From Macrostomum lignano (Eukaryota), in the NCBI GenBank assembly GCA_002269645.1, contig NIVC01002041.1:113804-177803 (forward strand): 64,000 bases of DNA, read 5' to 3'. The translations under genes and the position numbers were made by a program. The notes beneath the pieces were generated by a model, which worked only from the letters and a program-made list of their open reading frames with translations, had not been told where the DNA came from and ran no database searches. Position 1 is the first letter of the stretch. Each line of letters begins with the position of its first letter. This document shows positions 1 to 11,583 of this stretch, piece by piece.

Positions 1-1074
1 CGATTTTTAATGCAATTATCAATTGGATTGGCTAGGGTGCCGAGTGCAGTTCCGTGGCAGTGGCTGCCGTGCATAGTAAGTACATAAGTACACATGTACT
101 ACTGCAATGTACTTTGTCTTCCTATATAATTAACAATCTCGCTGCATACTTTATAAACGCAGCAATTTCTTCCCAATCATTCGAAGCTCTGCGTGTAAAT
201 AAGAAAATTTGCTAGCCAGGTTTTGCTCTATTTAATTTTTAAAGTTGTTATTATATTTATTGCAGTATGCTGGACAGCGGTGCTGATTCGGGCTATTGTT
301 TACTCTTAACTCTATATAGGCAACACTTGTGCATCATACTATTAAAAAACCAGCGAGCACGCATCTTATGTAGATATTTCCTCAGTGCTTTTCTCCCAAA
401 ATTCCCAACACAGCCTGGTGCTGGCACCAGTAGTATTTCAGGCTAGATTTAAGCGATCGATAAAAAAATAGTTTTTTTCATTTCATTTTAACAAATTGTT
501 CGTTCCACCCGCATCCAGTCTTCATTGTTTTCGATACTGCTGAGCTGTCGCACTAAATTCCCGAGCTGTGTTATTGTGCTGCTAGTTATAAACCTACGCT
601 AATACTCGTAAACCTGAGTTCCGTTTAGTAGATGTAAAAATGTAGGTTTCCTATTTTTTATCAAATATTGTAAGAACAATTTGGCGCTATATAGCGTTTA
701 AGGTTCCGACTCTATGACTAATAATATATCGCAGTATGCTTTACAATACGAAACTGCATACTAAAATTGAGCAAAACCGTCTTTGTTAAGCAGACAGCTG
801 AGTCAAAGTCCAAACCTGAGCGTGGGACTGAAAATCGTACTAATAATGTACATAGTAGCTTGGCTTTATTTTTTGCAGCATATGAAACACTACGAGGTTT
901 GGTAGTGTATCATATTAAACTTGGATTTTTCGAACTTTGGTTGGGGTGCATTGGGGGGTTAACTGGAAGAGAGAACTCCAGGCAACGGCCAAAGCCACGA
1001 GCGGCGCTAGCCGCGAGTGGAAATTTGGCCGTTGCCTGGAGTTCTCTCTTCCAGTTAACTTCATTGCAGGAAAT

Positions 1075-3314
1075 ATCTATGGCACGAATCGAAGTGGCCC
1101 AGAAGGAGGAGGCACAAACGTCTATGGCACGAAAGCCAAAAGGCGTGGAGAGTTCATGGCAATGACAATCCTATTGATTGAATGGAGGGTTGAAATGTCT
1201 ATGGCAAAACTTTCAGTGGGGGTGAAGGGGTTTGTGTGAGGGATTCCCAGGCAGTAAGTAGTCTGTCCAAACCTGTTGATTCAAGAGTTTTCTGTCCATC
1301 ATGAGCGACCCGATAATACATTATATTAATTGGGGTAACCTCCCGTGTGAGGACCTCGGCAACATCACGCAGGATGAACTGAACTTCCTCTCGGAATCCT
1401 CTGCCGTTGATCGGCACGACGAAGATTTCGATGCGTTCCTGAAGTATGTCCAAAATGGTCCAGCTGATACTGGGCTGCCAATGATCGATGGAGATGAAAA
1501 GATAGACGTTTCCGAGATGGACAGAATCGAGATCGAGAGTCTGCCTGAGGATACTCGGAAGCAGATGTACCAGCATGGCCAACGTTTTCGAGACTTCCTG
1601 GAAGGGGAGAATCTGCGCAACATTCAGCATGTCAACAATCCTACATTGAACCAATATCTTCGGTACTTCTACTTCAAGCTGAAGAAACAGGATGGCTCGT
1701 TCTACTCGCCGGCCTCTCTCATCTGTATCCGGGCTGGAATTCAGCGTTTCCTACGCATGGTTCTGAAGCTGCCTGTCGATATAATCGGTGGTGAGGAATT
1801 CAATTCCTGCAACGAGATGCTGCGTGTCAAGGTTCGTGATTTCCATCGAGATGGTGGCTGCACCAGGCAGTATGAACCAATTGAAGAAGGCGACATGCAG
1901 AAGTTGCGGTGCTACTTTGAAGGGACTACGGCTGAAATCGAGCAGGCTAAATTTCTGTTCTATGTTCTTTACTCCTTTGGAGAGCGTGGCCAGGAGCATC
2001 TGAAGTTCCTGAGACAAAGGGACTCGCTTGAATTGCACACGGATTCTGACGGCAAGGAGTACTACTGTCTTCCTGCTCTGCCAACGAAGAATAAGTCAGC
2101 CGATCCTGTGAAGGCGAAGGCCAGGCCGGACAACAAACAAGCTCGGATCTACGACACGGCCAAAGTGAGGAGATATCTACAACTGCTACCTCCAACAACC
2201 AAGGACAACCATCTGTTCCCGCGTCCACTATCCAACACGGATTCCAATGGACAGCCTATGTTCTCAACAAAGCAGAATCGTGGGGAGAACTACTTCCTGC
2301 GTTTCATGCGAAACTTGAGCGAGAAGGCCGGTTTGTCCAAGATGTACACGAATCATTGCATTCGGTAAGCCTTTTTCTTCATATTGCTTTAAACCAGTTG
2401 CATATTTTCTATGCAATACTTTATTTCTGTTGTAGAGTGAGCAGGATTGCTGATCTAGAGGCTGCTGGGTACAATCTGGCTGACATCATGTCGATAACCG
2501 GTCAGGTTTCTGAGAGGACAACTCGCCGTTACCTGTCCAAGCGCCGTGATCGCTCGCTGCAGTCTACCAGTGAGGCTGTTTCTATGGCACTTGATTTGAA
2601 TGGTTCTTCACAAGCTGTTGCGACTCCATTGCGTGAGAGTTCACCGGTGCCAGTACCTGTGTCGTCTTCCGTGCAGATCACCGGCATCAGTCATGACAAT
2701 CCGTCGGTCAGGTACAGTTTCCACAACTGTTCATTCAATGGTTGCAAATTTGAGTAATGGACTCAACCGTCGTATTTTCTGGACTTTCTCCTGCTGTCGT
2801 GATGAGAACATGACCATAGGTTAGACTTGCACTCAATTGACTAAGCAGTGTTATTGTTGGAACATTTTTTGTTGGACTTCAATAAATATAAGAATTTCAC
2901 GCTTCGTGTTACTTTTTTCGCCTATGGTATTGTTGTCCAGTCTTGTTATTTTACCTCCAGAAAATGGCCGGTCATTGTCCGGAGGTCATTGCCATGAACA
3001 AATATTTCGGGCAATGACAAACTTCTTTACTTCAAGGGCCAGATGAAGAATCTAGCTCGTGCCTGCCGGCCAGGAGAGGGGATAGTGGAGATAGAAGATG
3101 AGATGAGATTAGAGGAGAGGAGAGACTTCTCGTAATACCCAACTACACCCCATAGGATTTGCCAGTCACACCCTTAAAGCATCGATCGATATATTACTGT
3201 TATAGTGTTATTGTGCCATAGACATTTTTGTCTCACAAAGGCAGCGAGAGAAAGAATGAGAGAGCGAGGCGACTGGGTGCGGGGGCTAGCCCCCGCTGAG
3301 GTGTAACCATAGAC
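1075..3314 (+). mobile_element. Probable Crypton DNA transposon (ends approximate)
   Basis: The YR gene is bracketed by a perfect 14-bp inverted repeat, AAATGTCTATGGCA (1193-1206) and TGCCATAGACATTT (3214-3227). Further GTCTATGG/CCATAGAC copies occur at 1120 and 3307. No clear terminal direct repeat was found. Confidence 0.5.
1301..2757 (+). CDS. Crypton-type tyrosine recombinase (DUF3504/ZMYM-QRICH1-KCTD1-related YR), 2 exons, about 461 aa
   Basis: Exons are 1301-2364 and 2436-2757, separated by a 71-bp GT-AG intron (2365-2435) that joins ...NHCIR to VSRIADLEAAG in frame. Motifs: YFYFKLKKQDGSFYSPASLICIRAGIQRFL, catalytic R in FGERGQEHL, TKNK, HCIR (HxxR), TGQVS, Y in RRYL, and C-terminal FHNCSFNGC. 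Confidence 0.88.
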
Positions 3315-3478
3315 ACTTTCCAAGTTATACACGCTGTATAAATCATGCACTCTTTCGCAAATACATGTGAAAGTGTTGTTAAACTTCCCGCCAATTTGCG
3401 GGCACTAAACATAGTCTATGGTATTAAATGGATTGATTAAGTGCCCGCCGGGCAAAAAGGTCATGTTACAATATATTT

Positions 3479-4244
3479 ATATATAGCTTTTTGCAGCTTA
3501 TTTGGGCCTACGCGCATTTAATTTAATCCAAGATACGTTTGCCAATGTAACGGAGCTTTTGTCTATGGTAGCAAGGCTGGCGCAGTGGCATTTGATTTGG
3601 TCCAACAAACATCAATTTGGTCCAAATTCTTGTGAGCCAATGGCAAACTCTTGCCTTCTCGCAACCGCCTAAGGGTTGTTGTGCACCGCTGGAATGTCAG
3701 CGTCTGCACCAGCAATTTTCAGTCGCTTTTCCAGAGCTCTGCTGCTGGTCCAAATCTGATAACCAACTGGAACTGTTCCTTCAACTGCTGCTGCATTTTC
3801 TGCAACGTCAAAAAAGGGTTCGTCTCAATTGCATTAAGTAGCAGTTGGACCTGAGTCTCTAACAACTTGCCTTGGCGATTGCCACCTTTCACAGGCGACC
3901 CATGCCAGAAGTGGTTTCAACACGCTGATGGATGCTGTAAACCATCTTTCTTCTATATTCAGCAACCTTGCAATGTCCTTTGGGTTTTCACCTCTGTTGA
4001 GTGCTTTGATCACAAGCCAGTGGCATACGTTCGACAACCTAGCATGGTTCACAATTCTGGGGCTGATCTTGCTCCTCCGCAACAGTTGCAAATGAAGCTA
4101 TGGACCAAATTGATGCTTGTTGGACCAAATTAAGTGCCGCTGTGCCAGCCTTGCTACCATAGACAAAAGCTTCGTTACATTGGCAAACGTATCTTGGATT
4201 GAATTAAATGCGCGTAAGCCCAAATGGGCTGCAAAGAGCTATAT
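3479..4244 (-). mobile_element. Non-autonomous element with about 143-bp inverted repeats enclosing a decayed IS630/Tc1-like transposase N-terminal fragment
   Basis: 3479-3621 is the near-perfect reverse complement of 4101-4244. Frameshifted minus-strand translation gives VIKALNRGENPKDIARLLNI ... GGNRQGKLLETQVQLLLNAIETNPFLTLQKMQQQLKEQF, resembling paired HTH regions. Confidence 0.6.
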
Positions 4245-5164
4245 TACCGTTTAAAGTAAAACCGTGAAGCCGTGAGGTCTAAACGCGCTTCAAAAAGAGA
4301 GCGCATCCCATATGTTTGGAACAGTTTACTCTCGCTAGGAAGTCCCATTACTCCGATTAGGGATTGGACAATTTAGTTTTATGTAAAACTAATTATAACT
4401 GCGTCCAGAGACAGGCAAATTTAGAAATTAAATGGACATTCAAGCAAGCATACAAACCTTAGAGATTTAGTATATTTAGATTGTTTACGAAAAACGGATT
4501 AATTATCGACACTATCACGCGTAGGCAGCTGGTTTTACTGTAATTACCCCCTCCACCTCCTGCTTTCGCTTTGTGCTTTTGAGAACTGATATGGATTAGA
4601 GTAGATTAATAAGCAGATTAAAGCAAAGGCAGCATCGGATTTACATCGGCTCTGCTGCACCTGCACGCCCGGCCACTAATTAATCCCATCTGTGATCACG
4701 AACGAATTCGACAGGAAACGCTGCGTGTACCCGATGGGAAATCTGGAGGGGTGTTGGAGGCTCACTTTTTGGCGCTCGCCTTAGAGTCTTAGGGCACATT
4801 AGAGTCTAATGATTTTTTTATTTGGTTACACTAAACCAATGGGAGGCTAAAGGCTAGGTTAGAGGCTCGACTCTTGGGTGTGGCAGCCTCTAAAAATGAC
4901 CCCGATTTGATGCTCGCTATTTGAGGCTCGTATTGGAGGCTGGATTAGAGGCTGGCGATTCGATGCTGAATTTAAGGCTCAATTAGAGGATGGATTCGAG
5001 ACTGGCGTAGTTTTTTCAAAGGCAATACTAAACAGTTAGACAATATCTGTTCAAAAAGATTTTAAAAGGCCATATAATCGGCCATAAACGTATTCGCTTA
5101 TACAGAGACGGGTGTCTTACTGGGCACAGGCGAGTATATACAGAGTTCACATTTTTGTGGGAGG

Positions 5165-8100
5165 CAGTGTTGCCACTGACTGATTTCGAAAAAAAAACGC
5201 AGGCCGAAAAAAATAACGCCAACTTTTTTTCTCATAAAAAGGACTTCCTTGCTAGCCGTATCACTGTTACCGGATTCGAATATTGTACTTATATTGTATC
5301 TATTGCACGTATATTGTGTCTGGTGACTTCTGACACAGCGGCACTCATTCCAAAAATGCCAAAGACGAAAAACCAGTAGTTACTTGTTAGCAAATTTCGA
5401 GCAAAAATTATAATAATTAGTTTTTCTTCTTCTTAGGCACATGGGGAAGGCGTGCAAGAGCAGCGTTCTCCGCTTGTCGCTTCAGCCTTGCTGCTTCCTC
5501 GGCTGTGCGCTGAACGACTTGGTCCATTGCACGCTGTTCAATGACAAGCCGCTCAGACTCAAATTGTGACAGCCGAACAGAAACGGCCGTATCTTCTCCC
5601 TGTGCTTTGCGCAGCCTGTCAATCGCAATTTGAACGTCTCGCTCGGCTTCAATGCACTTTGCCGTAGTCTCCGATTTTTTCGCGACCTGCTGGCTCTGTT
5701 CCTGAGCGAGGCGTTCGAGTGCATCTTTTCGCTCAGCGTTCTATAATGTTGCGGGAAATATTGAATTAAATACAGTAATATAAATTCATTATAAAAAGTA
5801 ATTAATGTTTTCACGGAATGTTTTTACCTTCTCAGCTTCTCGGCGCAACTTCTCTTGTTCTGCTTCAGCTGCCTTTTTAATTGCTGCCAGTTCACTTGCC
5901 TTTTTTTCAGCAGCCATTCGCTGCTTGTACTCGGAACTCGCCTTTAAAGCGGCCTGGATTAGTTCATCAGGAATCGGCACATTTTTTGGTTTAAGGCTAC
6001 GAGCACACAAAAAGCTGCGAGCTAAAAGTGAGTCTCGGAGCTTTTCGTCCGAGAGTCGATTTCGCTTTGGATTGGCGCTAGCGTCGTGGGACTTTCCGAT
6101 GAACCGCTCTGCATCTGCGTTTCCATGAAACAGGGTGCAGCATGCAGAAGCAAGACGCGATAAAAGCGGGTATCGACCAGTCTTGGCAGCCTTCCTCCAA
6201 CCACCAGCAATGTCGTGATTGTCAGGCAAAAGGAGATCGCCGGCGTTGGTTCGCAGATTTAGTAGCCTAACCTCAGTTTGGAGGCTACTAATGTCGCTAG
6301 CTGGAACGACTAGAGGAAGCTTTTTAGCAACGAACAGCACAGCCTCTTCATCGACTTCAGTTGTGAAGTCCAGAAACTTCATGCAGCGCAGAACTTTCTT
6401 CTTGAGCGGCAGCTTCCCCTGCAAGTAGGTTGCCACCGCTAGGTAAAACTGCTTAAAGCGAAAAAGTAGCGGCTTTTGCCGATCAGGCAGAGTAGCTTGC
6501 TGGCCAATTACAATCTTTGTCATGGGTAAATGCAGACTTTGATCTTTAAAGTCGACGAATGCAACCGACTTCTTCTCAAAGGCAGATGGTTGTATAAACT
6601 GGATGGCAATGGCTTCAAGCAAGGCGGTCATCTCCGGATGCAGCCGGTGAATTAGGACTGTACAGCTTTCTTGGAGCAGTTTCTCAAAGCGGCTTGCAAG
6701 CTTTAGAGCGTGGATCATAAATCGGACGCAAACCAGTGTGTCCGGGTTTTGGATGGCAGCTCGGAGTCTTCGTATGCGGTCAGAATTGTCGTCAGATTGC
6801 GAAAGGAAGAGAGATAGAGGAACCCACTGCTCCTCTATGCGCTCCAAGCAGGGAAGGAGAATGAGCCATCGTAACTCCACGTTCCGCTTGAAGGAAAGCT
6901 GTGCCATGCCAATTTGTTCTTGCAGGGCCTTGAATTCCTTTCGACGAGTAATGCTTCTGCTGAAGCAGGCAAAAATGTCGTCAGCAAGGTCGGACACTTC
7001 AGAAAGATGACAGTCTGAAGCCTTTCGAAATGCGTTGGCAACAATGTGCAGTGTGCAGCTACCTATGTCAAGTAGATGTTCGAGCTCAGGAGTTTGACGC
7101 AAGATTGCAGACACGCCGGCGTGTTCGCCAACCATCACGCTGCAACCATCGGAAAAATTTCCAATCCATTTCGATAAAGGGAGCTTGCTGTCCAAAACGC
7201 ACTGTCGAATTAGTTGCGCACATGAAGCAGCGTCGTGGCCTTCCAGAGGAAGTTGGTTGAGCATCTCGACCACAACACTGCCCTCAGAATTAAGATAACG
7301 TACGCAAATCATCATAAGACCGTCACTCTCATCATAGCTGATGGAGTAAAAGCCGAATGACGATTCTAGTGCATCCACACCCACAATCGACTCAGTTATT
7401 TTTTGCTGCACAAAAGGAACGATCGCGAATGACAGCAAGTAGGCCTGCTTGGTGCGGGCACAAGAAAAGCTTGCAGCGATTTTAGAATCCGAAAACATGG
7501 CTCGGAATAAATCAGGGCTGTCGTCCTCCGTGTTAAAGCTCTTCGATTTGTATGCCGAGTTCCACACCCAGCGAATTTCGGCTGCAGTCGTTTTGATTGA
7601 CTTGTCATCGCTACTACTAGCTGCTGGATCTTTCTGTTTAGTGCAGAAGGATGCGATTGACTTCTGCTTCTGCTGCAGTGCTGTAGCTGCATTTGCTTCG
7701 TGAATTTTTGCTTTCATGTGCTGTTTGATGGCGGAAATTCCACCGCTTCCAACATGTATCGGTCTATCGCAGAAAAGGCAGAACGCGTCTGTATTGACTT
7801 TACCCTTCGTCAACCATTTCTCTGCTTCTAGGGAAACAATCCAAGCGGCGTCGAAAGTTGTTAGCCGAGTTCGCTTTGAATCGTTCGACGCAGTGCTCAT
7901 GCTCACAGAAATTATTCTTTGTTGTTGTTGTCTGGAGTTTAAAATCAGCTTATGATTGAAATGCATATGAAAATACTTAAGTTAAAATGGCAATGTCAGG
8001 TATGCTAATAATAACCTATGGTATTGGGTGAGGGCGATTCTGTGGTGTTGAGGGCGGTTCTGTGGGTTCAAGGGCAATTCTGTGGGGTATTTTTAGTGGT

Positions 8101-8323
8101 TTCTAAATGTTACTAAGCAGGAAAGCAAAAGCGAGTTCTTTAAATTGTATTTTGTACAGTGTTTATTATTAGCATTACTGTTATTTGAGTGCAGTACAAA
8201 AATATTACAAGGATCAATGAACCATTCAAGAAAAAACGCCAGAAAGTGAGAATTTGGAGAAAAAAAACGCCTAACGCCAAAAAAAAACGCCAGCGTTAAA
8301 AAACGCCACAAGTGGCAACACTG
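5165..8323 (-). mobile_element. Full-length hAT DNA transposon (Blackjack-like TIR)
   Basis: TIR CAGTGTTGCCACT lies at 5165-5177 and 8311-8323. A perfect 8-bp TSD, GTGGGAGG, lies at 5157-5164 and 8324-8331. Subterminal AAAAAACGC(C) repeats are present at both ends. Confidence 0.95.
5417..7966 (-). CDS. hAT transposase, 2 exons (7966-5828 and 5740-5417), up to about 820 aa
   Basis: BED-like finger (FCLFC...QH...IH), DDE residues (YDESD, FSDG, ADAER), CTLH (CxxH) and LRW. An 87-bp GT-AG intron (5741-5827) joins ...AEK to a 107-aa helical exon ending PKKKKN*. Confidence 0.9.
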
Positions 8324-8436
8324 GTGGGAGGGATATTTGCTCCTCTATTTGCAAAAGAGCTGCAGACACACAACATTAAGCCTCCAACTTGAGCTTCTCT
8401 TCCAGCCTCTAATCCAGCCTCTAATCCGACCTCTAA

Positions 8437-8890
8437 TCCAGCCTCTAACTTGAACATCGAATCCAGCCGCTAACTTGAACATCGAATCCAGCCGCTAACT
8501 TGAACATCGAATCCAGCCGCTAACTTGAACATCGAATCCAGCCGCTAACTTGAACATCGAATCCAGCCGCTAACTTGAACATCGAATCCAGCCGCTAACT
8601 TGAACATCGAATCCAGCCTCTAACTTGAACATCGAATCCAGCCGCTAACTTGAACATCGAATCCAGCCGCTAACTTGAACATCGAATCCAGCCGCTAACT
8701 TGAACATCGAATCCAGCCTCTAACTTGAACATCGAATCCAGCCGCTAACTTGAACATCGAATCCAGCCGCTAACTTGAACATCGAATCCAGCCGCTAACT
8801 TGAACATCGAATCCAGCCTCTAACTTGAACATCGAATCCAGCCTCTAACTTGAACATCGAATCCAGTCTCTAACTTGAACATCGAATCCA
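8437..8890. repeat. 25-bp minisatellite (GAATCCAGCCGCTAACTTGAACATC), about 17-18 copies
   Basis: A 25-bp period is directly visible, and it fades into degenerate CCAGCCTCTAA units up to about 9190. Confidence 0.93.
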
Positions 8891-10344
8891 GCCTCTATTC
8901 CAGCCTCGAATTCAACCTCTATTCCAGCCTCGAATTCAACCTCTAATCTAGCCTCGATTTAGCCTCTAAACTAAACATCAAATCCAGGCTCAAATAAAGC
9001 CTCTAATCCAGCCTCTACTTCAGACTCTAATTTGAACCTCTACTCCAGCCTCGAATCCAGCATCAAATACAATCTCTTTCAATGCTGAATATTATTTTTG
9101 AGGCTAACATCAAACCAACCTCGAAAAATCCGCTTTGAGGTTCATTCGAGGCTGCGTTTGAGGCTAGGGTAAAAATTAGAGGCTGCCCTTTCCTATCGGG
9201 GTAGTTCTTTTCCTCAAAATGATGAAATGAATAAACAATAAATAAGCAGCGACATCTGCGCAGAAATCTGATGGCAAGGCGCACAGTTACATATATTGAC
9301 AGAAAATGGCAGTGGTCGTTTAGTGATATATTGATTTAATAACGCGCTTACAATAAAGTACAGACAATTAGTTACTCTATATGTCAGGTAATTTAGGATA
9401 AATAAACATTAATACATTCAAACAGACGCACAAAAATTGAAAAAAAAAAACATTTAAAAGTCTGGCGGCATTTTGAATTAGCAGTTCTATCAGACAGCAA
9501 GCAGTTCTATATCGGTATATGAATATTCCAAGGTTCCCCATTGCAAAGATTGGGTCCCAAAAGAGCGCAACGTCTACAAAATACTAAAAGCAGACAGACG
9601 AACAGACGCGGAAATATACGCATATCAATAACACTTCTAATGCAATATAACAGCAAGAAAGCGGTTAGACGCGTAAATTTTATTAAGAATAAAATCTGCC
9701 GAGTTAAAGCATCCAATCTTTAAAAGCAACTACTTTGTCCTAAAGAAACAAAAAAGTACAAAACAGCAACAATTTAGTTTGAGAATGTCCGAAGGCCGTT
9801 GTTGAAGCCAAACTCTCAAAGTTGAACATGCAAGAGGGAGATTCGTCATGAAAATGAGCTGGGTTATATTTATAACTTCTAGAAAACAGTTGCAACTTGG
9901 GCAAGAATAAGCCGGTAATCCGATAGACATTGTCTCCTGATTATTTTGGCAACATTAATAACCGCTGCCCTGTAGTTGGCAAGTCTAAATTTATTCAGCA
10001 CAGGCAAGAACAGTGTAGCCATGGCAACAGATAGCATAAAAAATAGACAATAGTTGATAAACATATTAGCTAAGACCATTAAACACTGGTTTCGATTTAA
10101 TAATTCGTATTTCCATAGAAAAGCGTAGCATATTATAAAAACTAAAAAAAATACTAAACAAAACAATTAAAATAATTCACTGAAATACCAGATTAACTTG
10201 CGAGTAAGGACAGCAATCTGCTGATCGGGATCAAGGGAAACCAGACGAAAAAGCATCTCGTGCTACTGTAAGTTTTGTCACAAATACTAAATTTCCTAAT
10301 GCCAGAAATTTAATTAGATTTCGCTTTTAAAAGTACCTAAACTT

Positions 10345-10590
10345 CCGAGACCCTGAGCTTCAGAGACCCTGAACTTCAGAGACGCTGAGCTTCACAGACC
10401 CTGAACTTCAGAGACGATGAGCTTCACAGACCCTGAACTTCACAGAACCTGAACTTTTCAGACCCTGAACTTCAGAGACGCTAAGCTTCACAGACCCTGA
10501 ATTTCAGAGACGCTAAGCTTCACAGACCCTGAACTTCAGAGACGATGAGCTTCACAGACCCTGAACTTCACAAGCCCTAAGCTTCAACAG
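10345..10590. repeat. 16-bp minisatellite (GAGACCCTGARCTTCA) with a 32-bp higher-order pattern
   Basis: The tandem units are directly visible. Confidence 0.85.
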
Positions 10591-10828
10591 AGACTGTAAA
10601 CTTTACAACGCCCAAACTAAGTCTAGAATTTTTTTATACAATAGTTGTAAACTCTAAGGCTTGTGAACTTAATTGTATTGATACTCCTGGTGTCAGCAGG
10701 CTTATAGAGCCTATGCTACACTGTTAGGCTTGTGCCCTCCTTCTACCAGCAAATAGGCGTACAACAAAAAGCAAAATCTGTTTAGATCTAAAGTGAGTAA
10801 AAAGTTAAAGCGAGCTGTAATAACAAAA

Positions 10829-10892
10829 AGACAGACAGACAGACGACAGACAGACAGACGACAGACAGACAGACGAACAGACAAGACAGACA

Positions 10893-10933
<41 letters not shown>

Positions 10934-10936
10934 CTA

Positions 10937-11016
<80 letters not shown>

Positions 11017-11040
11017 GACAGACAGACAGACGAACAGACA

Positions 11041-11118
<78 letters not shown>

Positions 11119-11165
11119 CTAAGACAGACAGACAGACAGACAGATAGACAGACAGACAGACACTA

Positions 11166-11213
<48 letters not shown>

Positions 11214-11231
11214 GAACAGACAAGACAGACA

Positions 11232-11284
<53 letters not shown>

Positions 11285-11347
11285 CTAAGACAGACAGACA
11301 GACAGACAGATAGACAGACAGACGACAGACAGACAGACGAACAGACA

Positions 11348-11432
<85 letters not shown>

Positions 11433-11523
11433 CTAAGACAGACAGACAGACAGACAGACAGATCAGACAGACAGACAGATCAGACAGACAGACAGACACT
11501 AAGACAGACAGACAGACAGACAA
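10829..11523. repeat. Interrupted (GACA)n microsatellite, about 690 bp
   Basis: Directly visible. It accounts for the RQTD and SVCL ORFs in the track. Confidence 0.97.
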
Positions 11524-11583
11524 GTACACAAACTGTCACAACAGATTGGCCAGCAGGCAAAGAGCAGGATGAAGAGCTGTCAA

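Noticed and set aside
767-1239. Two overlapping ORFs upstream of the YR gene
   Set aside because: No recognisable domain, TTG starts, and overlap with the repeated TCTATGGCA motifs.
10711-11529. RQTD and SVCL ORFs
   Set aside because: These are translations of the (GACA)n microsatellite.
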